In this document: in pieces, positions 14,501-28,883 of the stretch
How positions within the stretch are numbered: position 1 is the stretch's first letter
Layout of the letters: each line of letters begins with the position of its first letter
Assembly: GCA_951406725.2 (NCBI GenBank)
Contig: OX597826.1
Span: 992,001 to 1,056,000 of the forward strand
Direction: 5' to 3'
Length of the DNA stretch: 64,000 nucleotides
Source of the DNA: Octopus vulgaris
Taxonomy: Eukaryota
Program-made: the position numbers and the translations under genes
Notes under the pieces: generated by a model
Databases searched by the model: none
Told to the model about the DNA's origin: nothing
The model's input: the letters and a program-made list of their open reading frames with translations, nothing else

Positions 14501-17500
14501 AACACTGCAAGACATCCAGTGCAATGTTCTTACGAGTACAAGTCCACCAATCTATAACCTGGATACGTTTTTTGTTTTTTTTCATCAACCCCCAACAAAA
14601 GGATAAAAGACAAAATTGACCTTGGTAACATTTGAGCTAGGACTGTAAAAAGTTGGAAGGACAAATAACGCAAGGCATCCAATCTGATGCTCTTGCAATT
14701 CCACCAATCTACCAACCTGGACTCGTAAATTGTTTTATCAACCCTGAAGGGACAAAAGGCAAAGGTAACTTTGGCGAATGTAAAGAGTTATAGAAATCGA
14801 GTAAGACATTTATGTCGAATGCGATGCCAAACCCGATGCCGGCAACAGACACCACCGATGACGCTGACGCTGACAACAGCCACTGCCGCCACCACCGTCA
14901 TCATTAGTTATTGTCTGTTCTCAGCAGGTTCAACAACAGAGATTGTCTTTTCAATCTTTCATGTGCTGTTCTTAAGCATTCACTCTATTTTAAGTCTGTT
15001 CATTTCTTGTGAAGGGCAAGGCTCAGTGGTTAGAGGGTTGGGCTCACAAACATGAGGTAGTGGGTTCGAATCCCAGACCGGGCTGCGTGTTGTGCTCTTC
15101 AGCAAGACACTTTATTTCATGTTGCTCCAGTTCACTCAGCTGTAGAAATGAGTGACTGGTGCCAAGCTGTATCAACCTTTGCCTTTCCCTTGGATAATAA
15201 TAGTCTGGAGAGGAGGTTGGTATGGAGAGGGGTGACTGCTGGTCTTCTATTAACAATCTTACCTGGACTTGTGCCTCAGAAGGGAACTTTCTAAGTGCAT
15301 CTTATGGTCAGTCATTCATGACCAAAAGGGGTCTTTATTCTTTACCCATTTCTTGATATCACCTCTTCATGTAATTCTTGGTTTTTCTTCTCCCTCTCTT
15401 CCCAATCTATTTCGCCTTCTGTTAACAATCTCAGTAAATCTTTTTCATTAAATTAACCCCTTAGCATTCATATTACTCTGTCAAATGTAATATTTATTCT
15501 CATTATATTGAATAAACAATGCAGTATTTTAATGATGTAACAGTATATTTTTAGAATACCATTGACAGACAGGTGTGATAAGCTAGATCTGGTTTGGTGC
15601 CTCATTTGTATTGTTTCATCGATTTTATAATTGACTTGTGTAAGAGGTTTACTGCCTCACAATGGCTTTCTTGTAAATGTAAGAGGTTTACTGCCTCACA
15701 ATGGCTTTCTTGTAAATGTAAGAGGTTTACTGCCTCACAATGGCTTTCTTGTAAATGTAAGAGGTTTACTGCCTCAAATATGCTACTGTCAAAGAACAAT
15801 TTGCTCAGGTAAACAGCAATCGGCAGGCGTTGCTGTTGCCCTCGTTATTGTCATCTCGTTTATCACTTTGTCTCATTATGTCTTTGTCCAGCCTGCAGCT
15901 TCCTTTCTTTGCAAGGCCTTTATGGCCAATCTAATGAATAAAAGCTGGATCTGACTAATTAGGACATAAAAACAAGTAGCATATTTGGGGCTGGATTTAA
16001 CCGGTTTAAATGCTAAAGGGCTAAAACAAGGAAAAATAAACCAAACTCACCCATCCAAGGTATTCCATTTCTTGTGGATGTAGTAACCCCTGAATTCCAT
16101 GATATACAGATAAACCAGTGCCAAAACAAAAAATGCCAACACCACTGATGAGAGAGGATATATTTTTCAGATTGCGGTATCCATACCTAATTGGAAAAAA
16201 GAAGACAAAAGATTTTTAAAAATCGTTCATAAAGTACGGCCAGGTATGGGTATATAGTAAAAGAGGTCACTTCCAAACCATGTGGTTTCAGGTTCAGTCC
16301 TACTATGTGGCACATTGGGTGTCTTCTACTATAGTCCTGGGCTGACCAAAACCTTGTGAATAGATTGGGACATAGAAACTGAAAAAAGCTTGTCGTGCGT
16401 GTGTGTGTGTGTGTCCCCACCATACAAGCAGTGTCCTTCATTTCCAATCTTTTGTGAAAACATGTCCAGCCAAGGCAAAATATAACCTTACTTGGAAACA
16501 GGTGAGGGTTTGCAACAAGAATTGCATCCAGCCACAGAAAATCTGCCTCAACATCTTCCATCTGGCCCGTGTTAGCTAATTTCTCAGCATTAATATGTGA
16601 GTAAGAGGCTGTATAGTATGTTGGTGAAATTTTACCAGTTGGCTGGGTAGCCTTCTTTTGGATGTAGTTCTAAGATATTTATGGGTGTAGCAGCAGCACC
16701 ATTCAAAATACCCTGGGCAGTATTTCGTTGAATAAGCAATTTATGTCTCACTCAAGATCACACATCTTTAGACATGGTATACTTTCTCTTCATTGGTTTT
16801 ATTAACCCTGGAAGGATGAAACCACTATAAAGTCCAGTCGTTGCTGTGGTGTGATAGCTTATGTGCCTCAATGATCCTGAGAGCTATGAGAGCTCTTAGT
16901 AGCCCTCACCACCACCATACTGGACAGCTCAAAGGATTGAGGCCAGACTTATATGGACCACCTCTTGGCCAGAGATAAAAATGGGTTTGTGTAGGACCAA
17001 CCCACCTATCCAAAAAGAGCAAAGTTACAGAAATATTGATGGAAGTCAAAATCAAGAAGATCTGAGAGAGGAAGGCCTTCTCTCCAGGAAGACATCACAG
17101 AGTTGAGAAAAGTGGGAAAAAATCATTGATGATTCCATGCTCCACAGGGAGTGAAGGGCTTCAATAAAATGGAATGATGAAAGACACAGTCAACCTTGAC
17201 AAGAGTTGACAACCAGAATGTAACAGAAGTTCATAACAAAATACTGCAAGACACTTTACATACCCTTTCCACTTGTTTCGCCACTAGGGTTACTGTCTCA
17301 CACCCACCCGGTACTAGCTGTCCCAGCCTCGATTTGTTACAGTGTCCCACTTTTACCAACCAGCAGCAGTACCAGGCTTTCCCTGTTACTGTCCCACATT
17401 CACTGAAAAATTCCATGCAGTCCTTCCTCTCTACGACTTTAACCCACTGGAATTCACTCCCTGCTTGTTTTAAATGCAAAATACTGACATACACAAATTC

Positions 17501-17823
17501 AAAGTGAACACCAACCACAACAACCTGGCCTTTCTACCAAACAATCATAATCACCATGATCAAGGTAATGGTGGTGGTGATAACAATAATAATAATAATA
17601 ATAATCATTTCAAATTTTGGCAGCAATTTCGGTGGGAAAGGGGTAAGTCAATTACATTGACCCCAGTGATCAACTGGTACTTATTTTCTTGACCCTGAAA
17701 GGATGAAAGGCAAAGTCGACCACAGTGGAATTTGAACTCAGAACATGAAGAAGGTCAAAATACTGCTAAGCATTTCACCCATGCCAGCTCATCACCTTAA
17801 TAATAATAATAATACTAATACAG

Positions 17824-17875
<52 letters not shown>

Positions 17876-20347
17876 CAACAATGGCTTCAGATTGTGCAAC
17901 AAGAGCAGCCATTTTGAAGGAAGGGATAAGTCGATTACATCGACCCCAGTGTTTCACTGGTACTTAATTTATCAACCCCAAAAGGATGAAAGGCAAAGCC
18001 AACCTCAGCGGAATTTGAAATCAGAACATTGCGACAGATGAAATACCAATAAGCATTTTGCCCAGTTTGCCATCTTAATAATAATAGAAATAATTAATAA
18101 TCATAATAATAATAATAACAACAATAATAATAATAATAACAATTATAATAATACTTACGGATGAACAGCATCAGGCTTTTTAATAGAGTGGTATAAGCCA
18201 ATTCCTAATATTACCTGGGATAAGAAAAAATTTAGAAATAAAATAAAATTAAATATATATGTATATGTGTGTATATATATATAATTTATATATATCACAG
18301 GCACAGGTGTGATTAAAAAGCTTGCTTCCCAACCATGTAGCCTTGGGTTCAGCCCCACTGTGCAGCACCGAGGGCAAGTGCCTTCCAGCAAAGCCCTGGG
18401 TTGACCATATTCCTTGTGCTCTGCGATATCTATGCAAATAGTATGGGGTCTACCTGCTGATGTGCAGCAGTGCCACAAAGGTAAAACAAAAACTGGCAAT
18501 TATAAACAGCTCTGAAGATGTAAACATTATTTATGTCGAAGTATTCAGGCTTTTCTTTTAACACCCGGCATCTTAATGGGACATTCTACTCTGATGCTTT
18601 CCTACAGCTAATGAGCACATAGCAGATCATATACAGTAAGTATGTGATATCGAGATTAAATGTGTGTGTGTGTCATGCTGGTACTACGTAAAAACACTCC
18701 TCAAAGTGGCTGGCGTTAAGAAGGGCATCCAGCTTTAGAAACTATGCCAAAACAGACATGGAGCCTGAACAGCCCTTCAGCTAGTAAGCTCCTGTCAAAC
18801 TGTCCGACCCATGCCAGCGTGGAAAATGGACATTAAATGAATATATATATATATCATCATCATTGTTTAACGTCCGTTTTCCGTGCTAGCACGGGTTGAA
18901 CGATCCGACTGGGGTCTGGGAAGCCAAGAGGCTGTACCAGGCTGCAGTCTGATCTGGCAGTGTTTCTACAGCTGGATGCCCTTCCTAACACCAACCACTT
19001 CGTGAGTGTAGTGGGTGCTTTTTACGTGCCACCGACACAGGTGCCAGGGGAGTATTTGCATCCAGACTGAAGAAAGTGAAATTTATACTGAACAATGCAT
19101 ATTCATTAGAAAAACCACAGTTTCTAAGGGTTTTAAAAGCAAAACCCTTGAGATGACCCTGAATCTGTAAATGAATGTGTTATCAGTTTGCAAAGAGGTT
19201 TCAATTATATTTATTTTTGTCTAAAGGCAGCTTAGCCATTGTGACACAAAAGCAGATTGTTAGATGTTGAGAGGGAGGGAGGGGAAACGAAATCAAAAGA
19301 ACAACAAGGATCAAATGATTTCAGAGTGATTATTTGAAGAGAGAGAGAGTGAGAGAGAGTGAGATAGAAAGAGCGAGAGAGAGAGGGAGAGAGAAAGGAA
19401 AGAATATTTACAAAATAAATAATTATATTTTTAATAAATGACAGCTGAAACTAATGAATAAGATGATGATGGTGATGAGAGTGGGGTTTTTTTTGTGGTG
19501 GTGGTGGTGGTGGTGGGGATGTGAATACTTGCATTTTGGGGACCAATGTGTAAACAAAACCCTTGAGTTGTTGAGTAAATGTAAATGAATGCTTTCTCAG
19601 TTGGAAACAACTGGAATTATTTCAAAATGGATTTTGAGATCTTAAGAGGGAGGAAGTGAAAATCAAATCCAAATAACAACAGGAGTGTCTTTGTGATAAG
19701 AGGCTTGCTTCCCAACTACATGGTTCCAGGTTCAGTCCCACTGGGTGGCACCTTGAGCAAGTGTCATCTACTATAACCAAAGCTTTGTGAGTGGCTTTGG
19801 TAGACGGAAACAGAAAGAAGTCCATCCTGAATATATGAGTGTGTGTTTGTGTATATATGTATCATCATCATCATCATCATCATCGTTTAGCGTCCGCTTT
19901 CCATGCTAGCATGGGTTGGACGGGTCAACTGGGGTCTGTGAAGCTGGAAGGCTTCGTCAGGCCCAGTCAGATCTGGCAGTGTTTCTACGGCTGGATGCCC
20001 TTCCTAACGCCAACCACTCCGCGAGTGTAGTGGGTGTTTTTTACGTGCCACCTGCACAGGTGCCAGACAGAGCTGGCGAACGGCCACGAACGGATGGTGC
20101 TTTTACGTGTCACCGGCACGGGGCCAGGCGATGCTGGCAACGGACACGAACGGACTCCCAAATTTTTGACTAATGCCGGTATAATAGTATAATACAGAAT
20201 GCTGTGGGTGACTTTTACACAAGAATGTACTTTATGAATGTAAAAATATAAAACAAAGATATGTAGGTCTATAGGCCAACTTAAGACTAAATCGACTTAC
20301 AACCAGTTGTCAGTCGGAACCAATTGTGGTCATACGTCGACAACGAC

Positions 20348-20391
<44 letters not shown>

Positions 20392-23300
20392 CACACACAC
20401 ACACATATATTATACAGGAATATACGAAATATATTATGATACACATATAGTGTGTGTGTGTATATATATAGATCTACACTTCATAATTTTATCCTTAAAA
20501 GTACTAAAGGAGAAAAAAATGGTCAAATAGAATGAAAATATTGAACAAAAATTCAAATCTACCTGGTTGACTGTGTCAGCAAGTGAGTGAATACATTCAG
20601 AAAACATACTATGAGAACCAGTATACAGCCAAGCTATTAACTTCACTAATGTATTTATTGCATTGCTGGAAAAGAAAGAATAAATTAATGGTTTAAAATT
20701 TCAGCACAAGGCCAGCGATTTTAGGGAGTGGGGGATAAGTTGGTTACATCAACCCCTGTATTTGACTAGTGCTTTTTTTTTTATTTACCCCTGAGGGGAG
20801 GAAAGGTAAAAGCTACCTCAGAGGAATTTGAACTCAAAACAAAGAGAACTGGGAGAAATGCTGCTAAGCATTTTGTCAAATGTGCTAACAATTCTGCCAG
20901 CTCACTGCCTCATGTAAAAAGCATCCAGTCCACACCGTGAAGTGATTGAAATTTAGAAGGGTATCCAGCTGTAAAAACCATGCCAAAATCAACCTCGCCT
21001 GCGGTGGTGACACATAAAAAGCACTTAGTCCACTCTGTAGGGGTTTTGGTGTTAGGAAGGGCATCCAGCCGCAAAAACTATACGAAAACAGTCAGTCTTC
21101 TGTCTGACCAGCTCCTGTCAAACCATCCAACCCATGGCAGCATGGAAGGCAAGTGTTAAACAACGATGAGGAGGAGGAGGAGGAGGTGGAAGTGGACAAC
21201 TACCATAAAGAAGTACCAATCTCTAACTGTGGAGGGAATCTGTGGAAGAGGTGGACCCAGGAAGACATGAGATGAGGTGGTGAAGCATGATCTGCAGACA
21301 CTGAGTCTCACAGAGGCGATGACAAAGGATTAAGACCTTTGGTGATTTGCTGTGATTGAGAAGACTCATCAAGCCAAGTGAAATTGTAATTGTAGCTGGT
21401 GTCAGCGTCACATAAAGGGCAACCGTGCCAGTGACATGGAAAGGAAATTTTTTTAGCAAACATTAGTGAAAAAAACGGATTTCGTCCAGAAATTTCCATT
21501 CAAATTTATTTTAAGACATTTACTTCAGACAACAAACAGGATGAGACACTAGCTAATATATGAGACACCTATTTTCTTTCCTTTTTGTTCTTTTTTATAT
21601 TTTAGTAGGGAGAGAAGGCAGTGTCCATGACCCTTTAAAGGGCCTCTGAGGCTGATGAGATGAAGTAAGAAGATATCTTCAAACCGAAGACCTTGTCCAA
21701 AAGCTCATAACAGTGCCTTGTGGTGATGTTAAACTAGACAACATTATGATATTGTATGATATTAATATCACATACAATATTAATACATTACCCGACCTAG
21801 TATCTGGCTTCCAGAAATCTGGAGATATTGAGCAATAATGCTGTATCCTGTATTAAGTAAACAGACCCTGTTTCGGAAGCTGGTTAACCTCCATACTGTG
21901 AGTTAAAATAGTTTCATTCTTTACGTTTTTAAGTAGATTGGTAAGGATTAAACATACTCGACTCTAAAATTGTATTAATTTATATCTTTTAAATATAATG
22001 ATCTTTTTTTTTTACTTCATTTTTGTATCTGGTTTGCAAGATTCTTTATATGAATTCGTGTGTTGAAACAAATTTTTGTATCTTCTACTTCGTCTTTGTA
22101 TCTGGTTAATATTTTCTAGTGGTTTTGTTATATTGGTACAAGATGTGTCGGAGGCCCTTCTAGCTAAAGAAATCTTAGCCTCTGCCTCACTCTCCCTAAG
22201 CGCAACAAAAGATTGTTTTTGATTTTTCTTCGTTCCATTTTCCTCTATAAACATTGCACTGTGTACATAGTACAGCATGATATATTTTTAAGAATTTTAA
22301 GTGGATAAATAAATATCAAACGGAGCCTGCTTTAGAAGTGTATAATAATTCGAATTTGTTAAAATACAATTTAATTCTTTATTTTTTATAGTTTACTTTA
22401 TATTCTGAGTATATATTTAACTCTAACCCAGAAAACCGGGATATTTCCGGTCCCAAGCTAACTGGATAATCAATCAGGTACGGAATGAGAATTCAAACTA
22501 AGATGATTTTTTTTAAAAAGTTAAATAACCGGAATTTATGTTAAACAAAAGATATTCATTGCAAGGGAAGTAATCCTAAGAAGAAGAAAAAATCTTGCGT
22601 AACAAGGGAGGTAATAATATTCAGTATTAAAGCAGATCTCTATATATATAAAGCTGAAGTTGTCTGTGTATGGGAGATTTGGTAGCCTTCAACTAACACT
22701 ATCTCCTCCGAGACCCTGCGGCGCAAGTTGACCAAAATTGAGAGTATGATAGAAGAAGGCTTGCTCTTCCTTCCGTAGAAGAAAAAATTCAAATCGGACC
22801 ATGTTAAGACCAAAAATTATTTACATCAAAAAGGTGCTTTTTTTCTATGAAAATCCCTATTTTTTGCGATTTTTTGACTGCTGTGTCGCCATTTTTCGGT
22901 GTATTTCAACCAGAAAAATGTTCACATAAATAGAATAACAAGCTACATAATGCAAAATTTTTACTTTCCAAAAATTCCAATTCTAAAGGGTCGAAAACAA
23001 AACAAGCCCGAGCAACGCTGGGCTATATTGCTAGTGGTCTTAAAATCTATGACACTTCTTCAAAACTCCACTCGGTCAAAATTCTGCTTATGCCCAAAGA
23101 GGAAACAATTGAACAGATCTCTATTCTAACCTTGACCAGTCAATCTTTTTAGGAATATGTCATCCAGTTTTAAGACAAATGTTGCTTGCTTTTATGATTA
23201 TCTTCACTATCAAACCCATCATCATCATCATTTAACATCCCAGACATTCCCAGGTCTGCATGGGTCAAATGCAATTTGCAGAGGCAAATTTTCGATGGCT

Positions 23301-26300
23301 TAATGCATTTCCTGTCACTGAACCTCACTGATTTCCAAATAAGGAAATGTTTTTCTTTGGCCGGACATGCTTTTCAAAAGCAGACTGGAATTGAGCAACA
23401 TCAATTGTATGACAGCAATGGTCAATTACAATCATCATGTGATATCATGACCAGGGTGCACACACACATATATACGAGGGGGTGGGGCTGAAAAGTTCCT
23501 GGCTTTGAATAAAAAAAAAATACAGGATGATCAGTTAATTATGATTTTATTCACCATGTTCCACTCTCAGATTCACACACATTGCAGCGATCCTTCAGTT
23601 TTCTAAGCCCTGTAAAATAACTCGGAAGGCTGGGCCTTCAACCAGGCCTTTTGTGACATCCTTAAAGCCAGGAACTTTTCAGCATTATTTACATTATTTA
23701 CATTTGACAGATATTTGTCCTCATCTTGTTTGTTGTTAACACAATGTTTTGGCTGATGTACACTCCAGCCTTCATCGGGTGTCTTGGGGAAATTTCGAAC
23801 CTAGGTTCTCATTCCTAAGGTATTTTTCGTTGTTGTTGTTGGTATTATTATTATTCAGGTCACTGCCTGGAATTGAACTCGGAATCTTGGAGATAGTAGC
23901 CTGTGCTCTTAACCACTACACCATATGTAGTGGTTAATAATAATAACATCGAAAAATAGCTTAGGAATGAGAACCCAGGTTCAAAATTTCCCTAAGACAC
24001 CTGATGAAGGCTGGAAGGTATATCAGCCGAAACATTGTGTTAACAACAAACAAGATGAGGACAAATATCTGTCAAATATAAATAATTCCTCATCTCTTAA
24101 ATATAGAACTGCAACCTCATATATATGTGAGTATATACACGATGGGCTTCATTCTGTTTCTATTTACCAAATCCACTCACAAGGCTTTGGTTGGCCCTAG
24201 ACTATGGCCCAGGACTATGGCAGAAGGTGCATGCAGTGGGACTGAACTGAAGACCACATGGTTGGGAAGCAACGCTTGCACCTCTGCGTGTGTGTATGTG
24301 TGCACATGTGTATATTTGCATTCTTTAATGTTGACACTGGTTGACCAATTACAGACAGTCTTCTATAAAAGAATGTCCATCCACTGAACTGTCAAAGCTT
24401 CAAAGAACAAAGGGGAATATTATCTTTCATGGGCGCAGGAGTGGCTGTGTGGTGAGTAGCTTGCTTACCAACCACATGGTTCTGGGTTCAGTCCCACTGC
24501 ATGGCACCTTGGGCAAGTGTCTTCTACTATAGCCTCAGGCCGACCAAAGCCTTGTCAGTGGATTTGGTAGACAGAAACTGAAACAAGTCCATCGTATATA
24601 TGTATATGTATATATATATAAATATATATATGTGCGTGTGTGTCTGTGTTTGTCCCCTCCCAACATCGCTTGACAACCGATGCTGGTGTGTTTACATCCC
24701 CGTAACTTAGCAGTTCAGCAAAAGAGACTGATAGAATAAGTACTAGGCTTACAAAGAATAAGTCCTTGGGTCGATTTATTCAACTAAAAGTGGTGCTCCA
24801 GCATGGCCGCAGTCAAATGACTGAAACAAGTAAAAGAGTAAAGAGTTTCTTGGAAAATAGGTGAGCAGTGGCAACAAGAAGAGCATCCAATCTAAAAAAC
24901 ACAAGCTTCAAGAGAGATTGTCTGACCAATGCAAGCACAGAAAAGTGGACATTAAAAAGATGATTATAATGTATTGTGTCACAACAGTTTCATATGTGAT
25001 GACCAGTGGAATAAAGTACCCTGCTTGAAAATAAATAAAGGTATTTAACCAGAGAATATAGCAGCCAACCCATGTTAGCATGGATAAAAGCAAACACAGA
25101 AATGGTGGTGGTGCTGACAGCAATGGCACAGTGGTTAGGGCAGTGGACTTGCGGTCATAAGAACATGGTTTCGATTCCCAGACCGGGCATTGTGAGTGTT
25201 TATTGAGCAAAAACACCTAAACTCCACGAGGCTCCGGCGGGTGGTGGTGGTGAACCCCGCTGTACTCTTTCACCATAACTTTCTCTCACTCTTTCTTCAT
25301 ACTTCTGCCGCAAAGCAGAGGAACCAAGGTGTAACCCACTATGGTGTGGTAAACTTTCAGACCCTAGTCTACATTGCGAATCCTCTGTACCCCAGAATGG
25401 TTCAGCTCTCCACCCGTTAAAAAGCCACCGTTTATGGAATGAGGATAACAACGTAACTTTCGCGCCCATGCAACCGCCAGTCTACCGTGTGTGGTGGGTG
25501 GGTCTTCAAGTTGCCACACGCATTCTTAGTAGCTTAGAGTAGGCTCGAATTAGAGATTATTCTTTGTGGCCAATGGTGTGAGTCCCGATTGGAGGAGGAG
25601 GAGGAGGAAGAGGAGGTGGAGGAGAAGAAGAAGAAGAAGAAGAAGAAGCAGCAGCAGATCAAATTTAATACTTACATAAATATGGCTGACACGACAACTT
25701 TACCCGAACTAGACGACCAAAGCTTATCTGGTTGTGGTCCTGGAGTCTACAAGGAATCAGTTGATAAATTGAATACAAATAATATCAGTCTAAGAACTGA
25801 ATGGTTGTGATGTCTACCTAATTCATTCTTATCAACTTCAATATACTTTTGTGAGCAAGTTTCTCTTCAAATACACTGTTTTGTGGCAATTAATTTTGAA
25901 AATCATGAGGAATTTAGTGAAATTATATTCTCGTTATTAAGCTGGTGTTTAAATTTAAAACAAATTCAAATAAGAGTGTTATAGTTTGCTTGAAGCATTG
26001 TAGTACAGAAGAAGAAAAATAAACGAAAAAGGAAATGAGAAAATCTTCTAAAAATGCAGAGAGGAAAATTGAAAAACCTTTCTACAATTCAGGTGAAGGA
26101 TAGAAGTAATATAGATCACTTAGATAGATCATTATATCGTGCTTAAGCAAACCCATCAAGCCAAGCAAAATCACAGTTGTGGCAGATACCAGTCTCATGT
26201 AAATTGGCACCCGTGCCAGTGGCATGTAAAAGCACCCGGGTGTCACACAAATGGCACCCATGCCAATGACATGTAAAAGCACCCATTACACTCATGGAGT

Positions 26301-28119
26301 GGTTGGCATTAGGAAGAGCATCCAGCCATAGAAAACCATGCCAAATCAGACTTGAGTCTGGTGCTGTCTTCCAGTATGCCAGCCCTGGTCAAACCATCCA
26401 TTGTCCATGCCGGCATGGACAATGGATTGGATGGACGATGGATTGGATGGACAATGGATTGGATGGACGATGGAGTTGATGGCATGACTTCTATGGCTGA
26501 ATGCCCTTCTCAATACCACAGATGTCCTTCCCAATGCTAAGGATGCCTTTCCTTAATGCCAAAAGAGTTAAATTTCACATTCCTCAGTCAAACTTCTTCC
26601 TTAAGTAAAGCAAGAAAAAATAAACAAACAAAGACAACGATTACCTGTTGCTCTTCTTGCTCTTCAGCAAGTTCAAATTTTTTAGAATCACCTGTTTGCT
26701 TTTTATAATTTTCTATTGCTGCCTTCAGTTGGAACAAGTCCACTACAGAAAAAAAATTCAATAAATCCAATTAAAAAAAAATTAAATTACAAAAGATACA
26801 AAATTAAATAAAATTTAATAACAAAGATTTACAAATATGTGTCTTGAAGTTATTTCTCTCTTTAATTTATATTTAACTAGCAGTATAGCCCGGCGTTGCT
26901 CAGGTTCGTTTTCTTTCCGACCCTTTAGAATTGGAATTTTTGAAAAGTAAAAATTTTGCATTATGTAGCTTGTTATTCTCTTTAAGTGAACATTTTTCTG
27001 GTTGAAATACACTGAAAAATGGCAACACAGCAGTCAAAAAATTGTAAAAAATAGAGATTTTCATAGAAAAAAAGCACCTTTTTGATGTAAATAATTTTTG
27101 GTCTTAACATGGTCCAATTTGAATTTTTTCCTCTACGGAAGGAAGAGCAAGCGTTCTTCTATTATACTCTCAATTTTGGTCAACTTGTGCCACAGGGTCT
27201 CGGAGGAGATAGTGGTAGTTGAAGGCTACCAAACACACACAGACAACTTCAGCTTTATATATAAAAATTTACATTAGAGACTTAGATAGAGTAAAGCATC
27301 ATGTCCAGTGCCCTGCAGTCTTCATGGAAAAACTGATCAATTACCTTTGTTACATAAATCTTATCCAAGATGCTGCAAATAGCATTCAAACACAAAAAAC
27401 AAAAGCCACTTACAACGACCAAATCGTTCCCGTTCCATTTGAATAATTTTCTGTTTTTCTTTAGTAACATTTGACAAAGAACCCCACTTTTTGATTGCTC
27501 TGAAATATTTAAACAAAATTTTATTTAGTTATTGTTATTATTATTATTATTATTGGGTGAGAGTAGTGTGCATGCAATCAAAGTGACACTGGGGTACAAA
27601 TATACAAAACCCAATATACCCATCATGACTACCCATCTGATGAGGGTACACCAGGCACATGCATCACAACCAAGTGTGCACAACATGCTGACTTCATATC
27701 AAGTTAAACAGTGCATGCCCTTGCAGACTGGGTCAAGTTAGAATTTTCTTCAGGTTGAGTAGCCCATCCCACTCATAAGGTCCTTAAATAAGGTTTGTTA
27801 AAGGATGGTGAACCCATGAATCCAGAGGTGAATTATTCAAACTCCAAAGAATTCCTCTCAACACATGGCTATGATGCTCCCCCACTACTTCTGCTCATGA
27901 TCAGAGATGCACATATCGTCAGCCACTAAGGGACATGCTCAAATGGTTATGGTCAAACAACTGACAAACAAATCTGTGGTATTGAGCAGAATATTTGCCG
28001 TAGCTCATCTTTTATACCAAGACAAAACAATGTACATGATAACACTTCCAATCAGTTAAGACATGAGAGTCACTGCCTGGTAATACATCCGGGCATTTTT
28101 TTTTTTTTTTTATTATTAT

Positions 28120-28150
<31 letters not shown>

Positions 28151-28848
28151 AAGAAGAAGAAGAAGAAGAAGAAGAAGAAGAAGAAGAAGAAGAAGAAGAA
28201 GAAGAAGAAGAAGAAGAAGAAGAAGAAGAAGAAGAAGAAGAAGAAGAAGAAGAAGAAGAAGAAGAAGAAGAAGAAGAAGAAGAAGAAGAAGAAGAAGAAG
28301 AAGAAGAAGAAGAAGAAGAAGAAGAAGAAGAAGAAGAAGAAGAAGAAGAAGAAGAAGAAGAAGAAGAAGAAGAAGAAGAAGAAGAAGAAGAAGAAGAAGA
28401 AGAAGAAGAAGAAGAAGAAGAAGAAGAAGAAGAAGAAGAAGAAGAAGAAGAAGAAGAAGAAGAAGAAGAAGAAGAAGAAGAAGAAGAAGAAGAAGAAGAA
28501 GGACGGTAAGATGACAGAATCGTTAGCATGCTGGACAAAATGCTTAGTGGTATTTCACCTGTCGCTACATTCTGAGTTCAAATTCCGCCAAGGTCAACTT
28601 TGTTTTTCATCCTTTCAGGGTTGATAAATTAACTACCAGTGAAACACTGGGGTCGATGTAGTCCCCTCCCCTAAAAAATTTCAGGCCTTGTACCTACAGC
28701 AGAACGTATTATTATTTTTATTATTATTATTGAGTGAAAGAGCAGTGCATGCCATCAAAGTGACGCTGGGGTAAAATATACAAAGCCCAGTCTACCCATC
28801 ATGACCACCCGTCTGGTAAGTGCAGACCTGGCACATGCATCACAACCA

Positions 28849-28883
<35 letters not shown>

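Noticed and set aside
15020-15090. tRNA genes at SINE heads
   Set aside because: A/B boxes present but no full cloverleaf, and they continue into SINE bodies
28119-28538. Poly-serine ORF
   Set aside because: Reverse translation of the (GAA)n tract
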